From: Octopus vulgaris
Lineage: Eukaryota
NCBI GenBank assembly: GCA_951406725.2
Contig: OX597820.1
Coordinates: forward strand, 31,248,001-31,312,000
Length of the DNA stretch: 64,000 nucleotides
Direction of reading: 5' to 3'
Numbering within the stretch: position 1 is the first letter of the stretch; every line of letters starts with the position of its first letter. A model generated the notes under the pieces. The model did not search any database and was not told the origin of the DNA. It was given only the letters and a program-made list of their open reading frames with translations. The position numbers and the translations under genes were made by a program. Positions 1-13,221 of the stretch are shown piece by piece.

Positions 1-862
1 GCAATTAATTGGTTGGCCAATTCCTGAACAAGTTCTGTCCAGAAGTAGTGCCAATTGATTATTTAAGAATGTGGTTCCTTTGCTGTTTATGACTAGTGGA
101 AGGAAGGAAAAAGGTATCCTTAAACTGAACCTAAAAGTTCACAAGAACCTAGTGGTAGCATTAAACCAAGTGACAGATTATGTATCCCTATGGTGCCTCC
201 AAAAGGCTTCCACACAATTCCTGTCTACCAAATTTGCTCACAAGGCTTTAGTTGTCCTAAAGCTTTGCTAAAACAGACTAGAAGTAGAGATAATCCAAGT
301 TAAGAAAGGAGTTTACAAAAACATCGATAGCAGCATAATCTTGTGAAGGTTCAACCATTTTCTCTTGTCTTTGTTATAGCATGAAATTCTTCCCCCACTA
401 ATAAACAAACCCCTCCCACAAAACTTCACATGCATATCATTAGAACAATATCATAAAACATTTTAATTAAGTGTATTCATATCTTTCAACTGATGTTTTA
501 ATACAATTACAACACAGTATAAAGTCCATAAAAGGTTCATAGGTTTGATTAAGTTGTTATGTCATCACATTATCATGAGTTGGGGGTTGCCATATCAAGG
601 TGATTTTTCAGTATTCTCAATGCATTAAATTGGTATACTTACAACAATTAACCCTGTCCTTATCTGAGATATCTTCTAATGGGGCTAACTCCCTAACTGT
701 TATGATGTCTTTTCAATCACAAGGAAAACAAAAGTAAGCATGTTGGTGAATTGATACAAACAGTTTGAATTTTTGGACAAAAAGGGTCATCTTCATTATA
801 AATGTTCCCTTTCCACAGAGGGGACAAGAAAAGCCAGTTTGGTAACTCATTCCAGCAGCTGT

Positions 863-1206
863 AACCACATGGTTCCAGGTTCAGTCCCACTGTGTGGCAC
901 CTTGGGCAAGTGTCTTCTACTATAGCTTTGGGCCGACCAAAGCCTTGTGAGTGGATTTAGTAGACAGAAACTGAAAGAAGCCTGTCGTGTATATGTGTGT
1001 GTGTTTGTGTGTCTGTGTTTGCCCCCCCCTCCCCAATGTTACTTGACAACTGATGCTGGTGTGTTTACGTCCCCGTAACTTAGTGGTTCGGCAAAAGAGA
1101 TTGATAGAATAAGTACTAGGCTTACACAGAATAAGGGGGCAATTTGGTCAACTAAAGGCAGTGCTCCAGCATGGCCACAGTCAAATGACTGAAACAAGTA
1201 AAAGAG
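863..1206 (+). mobile_element. tRNA-derived SINE, family A (CORE-like centre, possibly octopus OR2-related), 5'-truncated
   Basis: B-box-like GGTTCAGTCCC, then GTGGCACCTTGGGCAAGTGTCTT, an internal (TG)n and the tail CCAGCATGGCCACAGTCAAATGACTGAAACAAGTAAAAGAG. The same sequence recurs more than 15 times in the window on both strands. Confidence 0.8.
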
Positions 1207-1314
1207 TATGCATATAGAATGTAAGACATTGAGCAGAAAACATTCCTATGCAAAGATCAGAGGATTTTTGGATTCTGCAATCCATAGTCCAGTTTCCAAA
1301 TTATCTACACCAAC

Positions 1315-1963
1315 TTAACCATTTTGATTCCAACCCACTTGAGACTGCCCTTTGTTATATAATGCAAACCCCCCATTTTAAAGTGATCTAAATTATAACC
1401 ATCCATCAAACTTTTATGTTAATTTGTTCCAAACATCAGCTTATTATTTTACAAATTCTTCATTATTTTCGAAAATTAATTGAAAAAAATAAATAAATAA
1501 AAGAGTAGAGTCAGTCCTTTTATATGGAGTTCACTAAAAAATCTGGAATCCAAGCAAGACTGAACTTGCACCTGAATGTTAAGAGCAGTCTTGAAGATAT
1601 CTTGGAGAACTCATGCCACCAAGAAACAGCTGTGTAGAGATTGCCTGCCGATCACTGCCATTATAAGGGAAAGGTGCTTGCACTTTGTAGGACATTGTTG
1701 GCATGTTAAACAAAAGATGGCAAGTGATCTACTGCTATGGATACCAGATATTGGCCATATCCAAGCAGGTCATCCCAACACAAGATATGTAGATCAATTC
1801 ACCAGAGACACTGGATACCTCCCAGCAGACTTTTCTCAACTAGTGCAGAACCAAGATAGATGGCATATGCAGGTTAAAATTATCTGAACAAGCTCAACCA
1901 GGTGATGATGAATTGAAACAAGGGTAGTGTTTTTCAACAGAAATATGGTAATAAAAGGGTCAA
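1315..1963. mobile_element. piggyBac-type (TTAA) MITE interrupted by a LINE insertion
   Basis: Starts TTAA-CCATTTTGAT and ends AAAAGGG-TCAA. The halves 1315-1485 and 1911-1963 join to match the uninterrupted copy at 36466-36694. Confidence 0.65.
1486..1910 (+). mobile_element. 5'-truncated RTE-clade LINE (C-terminus of the RT ORF)
   Basis: ORF 1576-1887 MLRAVLKISW...IRERCLHFVGHCW...LLLW...GHP..YVDQ has the RTE C-terminal pattern. (GAT)n tail; target-site duplication AATTGAAA at 1478-1485 and 1911-1918. Confidence 0.8.
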
Positions 1964-3934
1964 TGCTCACACTGCCCATTTCTAGTAGGGTGGTATCAGA
2001 TTGGGTAACTAGTTGTATTCAGAAGATAAAAAGAGTTCCTAAATTGGCATGGACATATCCAGGTAAGCTAAAGCTAGAAGACAAATGTGGTCAACCAAGA
2101 AATGATAGTCAATGAAAAACTGTTGACATAAGGGAAAGCCAATCAAAAATGGTACTTTTTCATCAATAGCAATCAACAGATTAATTATTACTTGACAATG
2201 AAGGTAATGGACTCAAAAATTACGTTTATATGGCCAAAGGAATTCATAGATCTAATTGGCTGATGTGGTTTTGGTCAAATGTTGCATGCAGTAATAGAAC
2301 TTGATAATGTATGGTAATGAGACCCAGGCTGAGATTTCAACCATAGCTTTACTCTTTAACTGAGTAACAATTGTGAGTTCTAATTGCTGGTTGTGACATC
2401 GTTTTCATGTTTAATCTCCCTTTTGTATTTTATAACAGGGCCAAAACATTAATGACTTCCTTATTTCCTGAGTATCAAACTAATACACCTTGCTTGTTGT
2501 TCCCTCACCTTTCAGTTTTTTTGGGGTTTTTTTGTACAATTCTGGACCACGCAAACTAGAAAATTAGAAAAGTGAGGTTTTGGCAAAATTTCAATATCAT
2601 AGTCAATCATTTTATATTACATATTTGATTGCACCTTGCATTGAGTCCTTTGTTCAGTTGATGTTAGTTGTTTTTATGCATTTAAAAACACTCTCACTCG
2701 CACACACAGATAATTCACCTGTGCCTACAAATCAATTAGAATTGATAAGAAGATACAGTTGTGTTTGTACATATTTATCAAGGACACAAATATGAGAGTG
2801 TGATATGGAGAGAGAGAGAGAGAGAGAGAGAATGAAATGAGGGAAGAAATATAGAGAAAGAGCAGACGAGAAAGAGTGAGAAAAATTGAAACTTAAGGAA
2901 AAGAAAAAGCACAAAAAGAAAAACTCAGCTGATAACCTTGTAACACAGAGTTAAGCTTAAACCATTTGTAATGTTCTGTTTTGTAATTAATTTCTACAAG
3001 AATTAATTAGTGTGCATACGCATGCACATAACAGTCTTCGGAAAAAATAGAAACTACCTAATTATTTAACAAAGTTTTATACGTGAGTATGCATACAATT
3101 GATTATATATATAACTTTTACTTGTTTGTCAGTGGATTGTGGCCATGCTGGGGCATCGCCCAGAAAGATTTCAATCAAACAAGTTAACCCAGTGCTTAAT
3201 TTGTTTAACTCTTGGACTTCTTTTATTGGTCTCTTTTGCTGAATAGCTAAATTACAGAAATGTAAACAAACCAACAATGGTTGTCAAGTGGTGGGGTGGC
3301 AGACAAACAATAACACAAACACACACGACAGGCTTCTTTCAGTTTCCCTTGTCCAAGGTTCCATGCATTGGGATTCCAAGACCTCAGGGTTGGGAAGCAA
3401 GTTTGTCAACAACACTGCCATACCCGCACCTGGGTGCATATTTCTTTTAAACAAAAGGTAGAACTCTACAGGGGTGATGGTCCAGCCAGTATACCAGTTT
3501 GGGTCTCAGAGAGCCAAAGAGGATATCTCCACACCAGCACAAAAAAAAAAAAAAAAAAAAAAAAATCACAGCCCCCTTGAATTTTGAGTAGAACCCCTAT
3601 TGCTGGAGCCTGAAAGCAATCATGTTGCAACTTGTAAATAACAGACAATCATAAAAACAGCAGTGAGCTGTGAAAGATGGATTTGGTGTATGTAGCTGAT
3701 GAAGTATAGCAAAGAAGAAACACCTATCCGACAATCTAATGATGCCATTCATGGTCCAGCTCAGTGTTTTCAAACCCATTGTCTATAAGGACAATTTCTC
3801 TTCTGAGTCAGTTACCACAGGGAAGGTCTGCGTAAGTACCTTGGATTCCAGAACAACCTGCTATGCTTGAGGAGACCTATTGAGTCAAGTACATGAACAT
3901 CGAAATAAATATCAAATGGAAATAGTAGTTATGA

Positions 3935-4322
3935 TACCTGTGCCAGTGGCACGTAAAAAGCACCATCCGAACGTAGCCGATGCCAGCGCCGCCTCGACTG
4001 GCTTCTGTGCCGGTGGCACATAAAAAGCACCATCCGAACGTGGCTGATGCCAGCGCCACCTTGACTGGCCTCCGTGCTGGTGGCACGTTAAAAGCACCAA
4101 CCGATCGTGGCCGATGCTGGACTCCCCTGGCACCTGTGCCGGTGGCACATAAAAAGCACCCACTACACTCGCGGAGTGGTTGACGTTAGGAAGGGCATCC
4201 AGCTGTAGAAACACTGCCAGATCAGACTGGAGCCTGGTACAGCCCCTGGCTTTCCAGACCCCAGTCGAACCGTCCAACCCGTGGTAGCGCGGAAAATGGA
4301 CGTTAAACGATGATGATGAAGA
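3935..4322 (+). mobile_element. Retroposon family D (RTE-like tail, internal tandem subrepeats)
   Basis: Four copies of TGCC(A/G)GTGGCAC(G/A)TAAAAAGCACC, then GTTAGGAAGGGCATCCAGCTGTAGAAA and a (GAT)n tail. Homologues at 5853-6170(-), 10195-10450(-), 19040-19743(+), 29985-30360(+) and 31790-32190(+). Confidence 0.75.
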
Positions 4323-4694
4323 TGTCTAAGTGTATACAAACATGTTAAATATACACATACACAGTGCTGGATTAACCATTAAGCATAATAATGCACATGC
4401 TCGAGGCATACAGAAGTGTGTATGTGTGTATGGGAGTTAGGGGGCACAACAGAAATGGTAAATAGTTTATGGCACAAAAGATATAACTTTAAACTCACTA
4501 AAATAATATTTGAAGTGGTTTTTATGATTGGAAATATAATCTCGAAGTGTTTATGATGTCAAAACAAAAATAAAACATTTTCTATCTTACTGTTAGTTTT
4601 GTTTGATTTTGAAAAACTAAAAATTGTTTCATGGTTTATAGTTGTTTACCTTTTGAATTGAGTGCGTATATATATATATATATATATATATATG

Positions 4695-4914
4695 TAAAGG
4701 GGCTGCTGAAAAGTTCCAGGCTTTAAGGCTATTGCGAAAGGCCTGGTTGGAGGTCCAACCTTCAGAGTTCTTTTAGAGGGCTTAGAGAAACTGAAGGACT
4801 GCTGTAATAAGTGTGAATCTGAGAGAGGATTATATTGAATAAAATTGTAATTAACTGATCCTCCTAGATTTTATTTTACCCAAAACCAGGAAATTTTCAC
4901 CCCACCCCCCATCG
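4695..4914 (+). mobile_element. mariner-derived MITE
   Basis: TIR GGGGCTGCTGAAAAGTTCCAGG / CCAGGAAATTTTCACC in TA context. The internal remnant reads like a mariner transposase C-terminus (GLEKLKDCCNKC..NLREDYIE*). Second copy at 24882-25099. Confidence 0.75.
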
Positions 4915-5176
4915 TATATATAGGGGCACTAAAATCTTTAGAGCCTCTACGTGTCTTAATCTAACTCCCATGTATGCGCATGCACACACACAAGTATTAT
5001 GAACTGAAAGCAAGAGAGGACAGAAACAGATAAAGACAGAGGGAAAGAGTTGGGTAATAGCGGTAGTGAGATAACAAATGGATTAAAATAGAACCTGTTT
5101 AGAAGTAGAACTGTCACTCCCCACACACACACACCGATAAAGGTAAATAAAAAAACAAAGAACCAAATACAAATAC

Positions 5177-5210
5177 CTGTCAGAAAAAAGTCCTTGTTAA
5201 AATAATGTTG
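5177..5210 (-). other. candidate 34-nt internal exon (possibly 5' UTR)
   Basis: Minus strand: branch-like GCTAAT, a T-tract and AG acceptor, exon CAACATTATTTTAACAAGGACTTTTTTCTGACAG, then donor CAG|GTATTT. The sequence is not repetitive. Confidence 0.3.
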
Positions 5211-6519
5211 CTAAAAAAAAAAATGAACAATTAGCACCTCATTATTTGGGGTTGTATTGGTTGTGATGTTAATTATGTTTGATGGTGCTTGGGGAGGAAA
5301 CAGATTTGTAAGTAGAGATTGGTGCAAAGAGCTGACAGGTAAATCACTATAATATGGAGAATTAGTGAATAATCAATTAGTAATCCATGCTCTGATGCAC
5401 CTGTACATCAATACAGCCAGCCAGGTAAGAGCGGATGGTATTGCTACTGTTTTTGCAGAGGTGCAGTCATGGCTGTGTGGTTGAGAAGTTTGCTTGCAAA
5501 CCACATGGTTTCAGGTACAGTCCCACTGTGTGGCACTCATCCAGGAGTTCATCTTGGTTTGTTTAACATGAGTGACAGTGTACAATATTTATTTCTAAAT
5601 GGGATGCTAGTCTGTGGCAGGTTGTACTCAACTATTGCCAGGAGTAAACAGATGAGCAGATTGAAATAGCGTGAAATTAAAAGACTCCGCCGGTTACGAC
5701 GACAAGGGTCCCAGCTGATACGATCAACGGAACAGCTTGCTCGTGAAATTAACGTGCAAATGGCTGAGCATTCCACAGACACGTGTACCCTTAACGAACT
5801 ACTGCCAGAAGTAAACAGATGGGCAGATTAAAACAGCATGAAATATTTTGTTTATCATCATCATCATTTAATGTTTGCTTTCCATGCGGGCATGGGTTGG
5901 ATGGTTTGACAGGAGCCAGCCAGGTAGAAGACTACCCCAGACTACTGTGTCTGTTTTGGCATGGTTTTTACAGTTGGATGCCTTTCTTAACACCAACCAC
6001 TCCACAGAGTGAACAGTGCTTTTTACATGGCACCAGCACAGGTGAGGTCAGTTTTGACATGGTTTTTACAGCTGGATGCCCTTCCAAATGCCAACCACTT
6101 AACAGTGTGAACTGGATGCTTTTTACATGACAACAGGACTGGGAGGGTCACCAAGTAACTTGCAAGACAAAGGAATTTTGAGAGGGGAGGAAGCATTGGA
6201 GGGGAGGATCTTGTGACAGAGAGACAACAACATATGTCTTGCTGTAGAGGAGGGAATGCAAAATGGTGCTCAGTTTGAGGATTGAAAACACAATTTTATG
6301 ATCATGCAGTGAGTCATTTGTCTTCACTGAATGAAATGTGGCCTCGGAGAAAAGCATATAGATTACAAAGTTACACTTGATGCAGGAATTATATTGTGGT
6401 GACTCCGTCTAACCTGGGTAAGCTATAGATAACTGAACCTCCTGGGATTTCTGCTTATGAAAAAACTCAAGTATTATCCAAGTAAACATTTCCTTACAAG
6501 CAGTTATTCTATGAGACAA

Positions 6520-6890
6520 TGGAAGAGCTGCAACACAGTTGCTTGACTTGATAAAAGTAGCAACCAGACATCCTCTAAATCAAACCCAACCACCATTTAT
6601 GAAAAAATGGATACATTAAATAATGTAGGTTGAGAAAATACATAGGGATAGTCATGACTGGAATGTCTACAAGATAGCTGAAGACTGACCTGGACTTAAA
6701 CAATAACCACCAATTATCATAATACAAAATGAGCCAATGAAAGAGCCACTAGATGGTCATCCAATGTGCTAGAAACAGCAGTGAAACCTTCAAATTATAA
6801 CATACTCTCTTAAAGGAAGGAAGGATTACAATGCAGTCCTCGATGATCTGAGACCTTTTTGATTAGGGCCGACCTGGAGTCATTAACAGA
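6520..6890 (+). mobile_element. Old interspersed repeat family E (two tandem decayed copies)
   Basis: Degenerate matches to GCTAGAAATAGCAGCCAAATCTCC...CTGACCTGGGGCTAAACAAC. The family recurs about 20 times, e.g. 7920-8070, 16150-16290, 36250-36460, 53130-53530, 57990-58330 and 62450-62700. Confidence 0.6.
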
Positions 6891-7158
6891 ATACAAAGCT
6901 TTATGAATTCCAGTGGCTTGGAGAAACATTTTAGAAATAGTCAAAACATTCTACTTTAGATTTACACGTCATACACCCTATACATCCTTTCCCTATTATG
7001 TAGACATACATCCAGTTATGTGTGTGTGTGTTTCATCAGTCACATTAATCTTGTTAGTCTAGGAAGGACTGCAAAGGTTACAGGCCATGCCCTTCTGCTC
7101 CAAATGCATAGTGATTGTGTGTATAAAATGCATGTGTGTATGTGTGTGTATATGGTAT

Positions 7159-7209
<51 letters not shown>

Positions 7210-7329
7210 TACACATACTCACATGGATATGGGCATGCAGGTTTGTGCATTACATTTATTTGTTCAATGCACATTAAACACCATTGTGTTATAATCGATA
7301 TGTCAGATAATAATATTAATAATAATAAC

Positions 7330-7361
<32 letters not shown>

Positions 7362-7543
7362 TAATAATAATAATAATAATAATAATATCATTGACGAGTG
7401 ATTTAAAATCTCTTTAGGAGGGCTTTATTCCTGTCTAACAGATGCAGTGGGAATGATGCACTTTTAAGTCTGCCGCTCATTATAGCTGTACCACTTACTA
7501 GTAAGTGTATGTGCATGTATATGTGTGTGTGTATATATATATA

Positions 7544-7598
<55 letters not shown>

Positions 7599-7762
7599 TA
7601 TTCATTTACTGTCTTCAAGAAAAAATATTTTGTCTGCCTGAAGTACATAAGTAGAGTGAGTGTAAGCTGTTTTTTTCTCATACTTTATATACATAAACAC
7701 ACACACACTACCAACAGTGTTTACATACACACACCTGCACATCTACATGTATACTACAAGCA

Positions 7763-7817
<55 letters not shown>

Positions 7818-8241
7818 ACGGGAAGCTTTATGAAAATATATATATATACACACACAAACACACTATAATATAGATATTCAAGTCAATGAAATAACTTCTA
7901 TATGTTTGTTCGAATCACAGGAAATAGCAGCTAAATCTCTCTCAACTCACACCGTTGAGTAATTAGGATGTATATATAACGAAAACAACCTAGATTATTC
8001 ACAGTTGAAACACCTTTGATCATAGGTCTGCTCAATCAGAGCTGACCTAGAATTAAACAACTACTACAACATACATACACCTACACATTTATCAAATGCT
8101 ATACATGGCTTTATGAGCAGCACAACATATCTTTCATTTCTTTTACCTTTTACTGGTTTCAGTCATTGGACTGCAGCCATGCTGGGACACTGCCTTCAAG
8201 GGTTTTGTTGAACAAATCAACCCCAGTACTTTTTTTTTTTG

Positions 8242-8583
8242 TAATAATAATGAAATTATTGTATACAGTGCTCAGGTGCACTACAACTTGTCAAAAGTGT
8301 GTATAAAGTATATGCAGTAATGTGCAAATGTCTGGAAAGTGAACAGTGAATGAATCAGATACATGTTTGCACGTGTATGGAGAGGAGAAAATCAGGTGTA
8401 GTGTTGGTGAATCTCAGGAAGCATAGAAGTTTTGAAGGATGCAGTACTCCGACAACTAACAACTGATGCCGGCAGTTTGTTCCATGCTTCAGCAACTCTT
8501 AGCATGAAAAAATGTTTCTAAAAGTCATGGGAGTTGTGCTGTTTTCTGACTTTGTAAACATGTCCATGGGTGTTAGACAGCGT
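8242..8583 (-). mobile_element. CR1-clade LINE 3' fragment inserted in a family A SINE
   Basis: The minus strand translates HGHVYKVRKQ...HFFMLRVAEAWNKLPASVV, a typical CR1 ORF2 end, with a (TTA)n tail. Flanks 8137-8241 and 8587-8660 continue a single SINE. Confidence 0.75.
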
Positions 8584-8798
8584 GGCTTCTTATTCTATCA
8601 ATATCTTCAGCCAAATTGCTAAGTTTCTGGGACAAAACAAACCAATACCAGTTGTCAAAAATACATATGTATATTAAAGGTAATTAAGTTTATGTCTGGT
8701 CATAGAGTGACCAATAGATCGCCATAAACTTAATTACTTTTAATACATTACTGCTCTATGCTTTTGAATGGGTTTCTTTTTCGGGTATATGATACATT

Positions 8799-8835
<37 letters not shown>

Positions 8836-10779
8836 CATATATATATATACATACATATATGTATATATAGACATGCACGCATGCATGTGACAGCCTTTTT
8901 TTTACTTTCCGGCTACCAAATCCACTTGCAAAGTTTTGGTCCATCTAGAGGTATAGTAAATGACACTTGCTCCAGGTGCCATGCAGTGCCCAGAGCCCAG
9001 AGCCATGCAGTTGAAAAGCAAAGTTCTTTATCACACAGCTATACCTATACTTTTACTGAAGGAGAGAACCTCCCCTCCTCCAAAAAATAACACTATGATC
9101 AGAAAAGGAAACTGTTTTTGTTTTAAACATCTGAGAAAAGATGCAAAACAAACGAAGTCCCTGATTTCAAATTGTGGTACAAAGCCAGCAATTTCAGGGG
9201 ACGGGGTGAGTTGATTACATTGACTCAGTACTCAACAGGTTTTTATTTTATCGACCCTGAAAGGATGAAAGACAAATCTGGCCTAAGAAGAATTTGAACT
9301 CAGAAAGTGAAGACAGATGAAATGCCACAAGGTATTTTGCCCAGCATACTAACAATTCTAATAGCTCACCACTTTAGCAAACAAAGATATATACATAGAT
9401 GTGATTTGTTCTTAGCAAGGGAAGAAAGCACGTAATCTCTCCCAGACTTGTGAAACTGATGTGGTTGATATTCAGCTCAACCATCTGCTAGATGGCAAAA
9501 CTTAGACAGGATGTTCCAAATGCTGGTCAAAGTGTGATCAAATCATTTTGCTATAAGCATCCAAGGACCAGATGATGGCAAGGTGAAACAAAGCAAAATG
9601 TTCAGTCTACTAAGCCAGAGATAGATTGGTACAGCAATAAATATAATGACTAAAGATGGACAAATAAGCATTCCTTTCAATGGGTGCAAGAAATGTAGGT
9701 TAATTCTGGTTTATTGATGGATAAAATCATGATACATGGGCAGACCAGTATGGGAGCAGTCCAGTTCAGGGACAGACAAACTAATTGAAAGAAGGCCTTT
9801 TGATCATGGGTCTCTCTGAACAGAGTTGACATAGGGTTAAATAACAATCAAAAGTGTTCCATCAATGACAACCCTATTTTGTTTTTCTTAAACATAGCAT
9901 GCCCATGAAGATGGGAGATTTAGCTGCTATTTCTGGCAGTTAGAGCAGTCATACAGAGGCTCCGTTATTGGTTGAGATGGTTGACACCGTAATTACTAAG
10001 TCTACACATAGTACTGTATTATGAAAAAGAAAACATTTTCACTGAAGAGAAAGCCAGGATTGAACACAATATATGTAGCATAAAGTAAATTCAAAAATCC
10101 CAATCTAGGAGGACTCAAATATGCCAATAATGTAGGAATAACAAAACCCCTTAATTTGTGAAGTGAATTCAAAGACACTAATCTATGAGACAAATCGTCA
10201 TTTAACATCCATTTTCCATGCTGGCATGTGTTGACAGGAGCAGGACAGGGAGGGAGATGCACAGACTCCAATTCTATTTTGGTATGGTTTCTCAAGCTGG
10301 ATGCCCTTCTTAATGCTAACCATCTTACAGGGTGTACTAAGTGATTTTTATATGACACCAGCTTGAGTGCTTTATACATGGCACCAGCACAAGTGCTTTT
10401 TACGTGGCATGGTTGCCTTTTATGTAGTACTGGCACAGGTACTTTTTAAATGGAATTCTGAAATCTTTACCATTCTATGATACTTGTTGACTATATCAAC
10501 CGATCAGAAACTACCATGTTTTGTTTGAATGGATGGCAGTAGCTGGGCCTCCAAGACTGATGAAGAAAAGAAAGAAACAACCAATGAATTACTGTAGCAG
10601 GAACCAATACATCTAAATATAAAATTATTTCAGATCAGAGACATGGTCAGAATGCTTCCAAGAGAGTGGACCCTGTTGAATTTATTTAAGAGACAGTTTC
10701 CCTATCTCCTTTTCCTTTCAGTCACAAAGATGGGCTAGTCTGAGGGTGTGATTGATTGATAGTTTATTCACCTGCTAAC

Positions 10780-10988
10780 TAATGACCATAGGGCTATGAC
10801 TATTTCATGCCTTTCTACATCTCAAACCAAGAGAGACCAATTGCTTTCACTCTCCTCCACAGATCCTTTCCAGGTCTTCTGAAGTCTTCCAACTTTCCTT
10901 TTCTTCTCAGGTTGCCAGTCTAACACTTGACTCACAATGCTGCTTGGCTCCTAAGAGTGTGACCGATCCAGCCCCATTTCCTTTTCAG
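10780..10988 (-). mobile_element. RTE (BovB-like) LINE 3' fragment
   Basis: The minus strand reads RKWGWIGHTL..., then after a frameshift VLDWQPEKKRKVGRLQKTW, matching the RTE 'WIGHTLR..LDW.P.GKR..GRP..TW' pattern. Confidence 0.7.
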
Positions 10989-11347
10989 ATAAATATTTAA
11001 AAACTATGATAAATAAACACTTTCTCAAAGCAGTCATTATGTTGTTGTTCTTCCCCCAGGTAACCAACAAACTCTCTGTATGCTTCAGTAAAGCTGTCTC
11101 ACAAGAGATTCTGTTCTACTTCACAGAACAGTGATTAATGATGAGAATAACATCCAAATGTGAAAAATACTTTACATAACAAATATAAAGAGAAAACAAA
11201 AACCTATCTTGTAGATTATGAGAAAACGATTGAGAGTGCGTGTGTGAGAGCCCTTCAATGTATCAATAATCTGATTATGATTAAAATATAATGGAATAGT
11301 TACAGGTTTTGTAGTCACAGAATTATCAGGAATTAATTATCAGAATT

Positions 11348-11580
11348 AAGGTGGCGAGTTGGCAGAAACATTAGCACACCGGGCAAAATGCTTAGCGGTA
11401 TTTCGTCTGCCATTACGTTCCGAGTTGAAATTCCGCTGAGGTCGACTTTACCTTTCATCCTTTCGGGGTCGATTAAATAAGTACCAGTTACGCACTGGAG
11501 TCGATGTAATCGACTTAATCCCTTTGTCTGTCCTTGTTTGTCCCCTCTATGTTTAGCCCCTTGTGAGCAATAAAGAAAAA
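11348..11580 (+). mobile_element. tRNA-derived SINE, family B (Meta-domain-like centre), full length
   Basis: GGTGGCGAGTTGGCAGAA head, CCTTTCATCCTTTCGGGGTCGATTAAATAAGTACCAG centre and A-rich tail. 14-bp TSD AGAATTATCAGGAA at 11319-11332 and 11581-11594. Confidence 0.85.
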
Positions 11581-12597
11581 AGAATTATCAGGAAGAACTA
11601 ACACAGTTAACATTACATCATTGCTTTAATGTCCACTTATGGACATGAATTGGACAGTTTCCTGGGGCAGATTTTCCATGGCTGGATGTCCTTTTTGTCC
11701 TCAACTCTTGCCAGTTACCAAGTCAGGAAATATTTTCCCGTCCATTTATCCATTTTTTTCATATCTGCATGGGTGGACAGAGTCAGCTTGGGCAGATTTT
11801 CCATGGCTGAATGTACTGTCTGCCACCATCTTCCACCTGTTTCCAAGCAAGGTAATATTTCCCTACAACCAGACATGTTTTTGTAGAATATTGGAAATAA
11901 ATGACACCAACGTTCATTTTACAACCATTATGTACTGTCAAAATAAAGAAACAAACACAAACACATAACAAGACCAACCAATCAGACATCTCTAAAGAGG
12001 ATTCAGGATTAACCTGACTAGTAAATGCAAGTGGCTTCTGCCAGCAATGTTAGCCAACCTATAGGCACATGATAGGCATACGGCTGACTTGAAATAGATT
12101 TGGCTGCTATTTCTAGCAGATCCTGCAACTACGAGGATCCTTCCACAATAAGCTTGCCAAACATGTTCGTATTCAGTCATTGAAACCATATTTATAATCT
12201 GCTCTGCGACAAAGGACCAAACCATTATAAAATGCTGTGTCCAGCTGTCGATCAAGGATCAAAGGGGAACAACTGTTGGAATACTGTTTTGAAACGTTTC
12301 GCCTCGACCTCGCTCTATAGTTCCACGTCAGAGTTAGACTTGAAACTTTTAGAATTATAAGCTTTTAGAAACTGCAGAATCCGTGACAGACTGATGCCTA
12401 AATCTTCCACTTTTACACCTTATAACAACTTCTGAAGTATTTTTTTGTGTTTTTGTTTACTCTTGGTCAGCTCTAATCAAGCTAAGCTTTGTTCAAAGAT
12501 ATTGACTTATCGCTACTTTCACCCTTTGCCGACATATAATAGTATACAAGCACTGTATAATCATCATCATCATTAATATTGTTATTATTATTATTAG

Positions 12598-12900
12598 TGA
12601 CGGCGCATGGCCTAGTAGTTAGGGTGTTGCGGTAACGATTGCGAAATCGCGGTTTCTATTCTTAGACCGAGTGGCGTGATGTGTACTTGAACAAAACACT
12701 TCATCGCACGTTGCCCTGCGATCACTTTGACACCTGACGCGTGGTGGTAACACCGTGCACCTGTTCAGGCAACGTCGATTTGATGGAAAAAGTGAGCTAA
12801 TGTGCAGCACATATACATGATCACTATAAAACTAATGTGCAGGTCGTTCGGCAAAGGCTAAACGCGCACACGTCGTCGTCTTCGACGGGAGAGTCCAGCA
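12598..12900 (+). mobile_element. tRNA-derived SINE, family C (V-SINE-like centre)
   Basis: GGCGCATGGCCTAGTAGTTAG A-box head and TGTGTACTTGAACAAAACACTT centre. Related heads at 22810-23138(-), 39040-39185(-), 52490-52787(-) and 60905-61090(-). Confidence 0.65.
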
Positions 12901-13221
12901 TTATTATTATTAACAACAACCGCGTATACATGCCATCTTTTTAGACGGTTTATTCCAGTTAACAATATCCAATACTACATTTTTAAAAAGAGATTTGATT
13001 GCTATTTCTAGCCGGTCGACCGACCACAAAAAGGCCCCCTCTCAGGTTTGTTTATATTTGGGAATAACAACAACAATTATGATAATAATAATGAGCTTAT
13101 TGTATTGAATCTGGCACATTTCCTACATCTAATCAAAAGATGACATCAATCCAAGAGAAACAGTATTGATGTAATAAATACGAGGGCTACACCTATTGAG
13201 GAGGCAATGCTGTTCTTTAAC

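Noticed and set aside
1165-1206. Family A SINE tail hairpin followed by GAAAC..GTA, resembling a hammerhead 3' half
   Set aside because: No CUGANGA box upstream in any copy examined.
3935-4165. Regularly spaced 24-bp repeats with intervening sequence (CRISPR-like look)
   Set aside because: The intervening segments are homologous to each other, and the block is part of a dispersed retroposon (also at 29985-30200).
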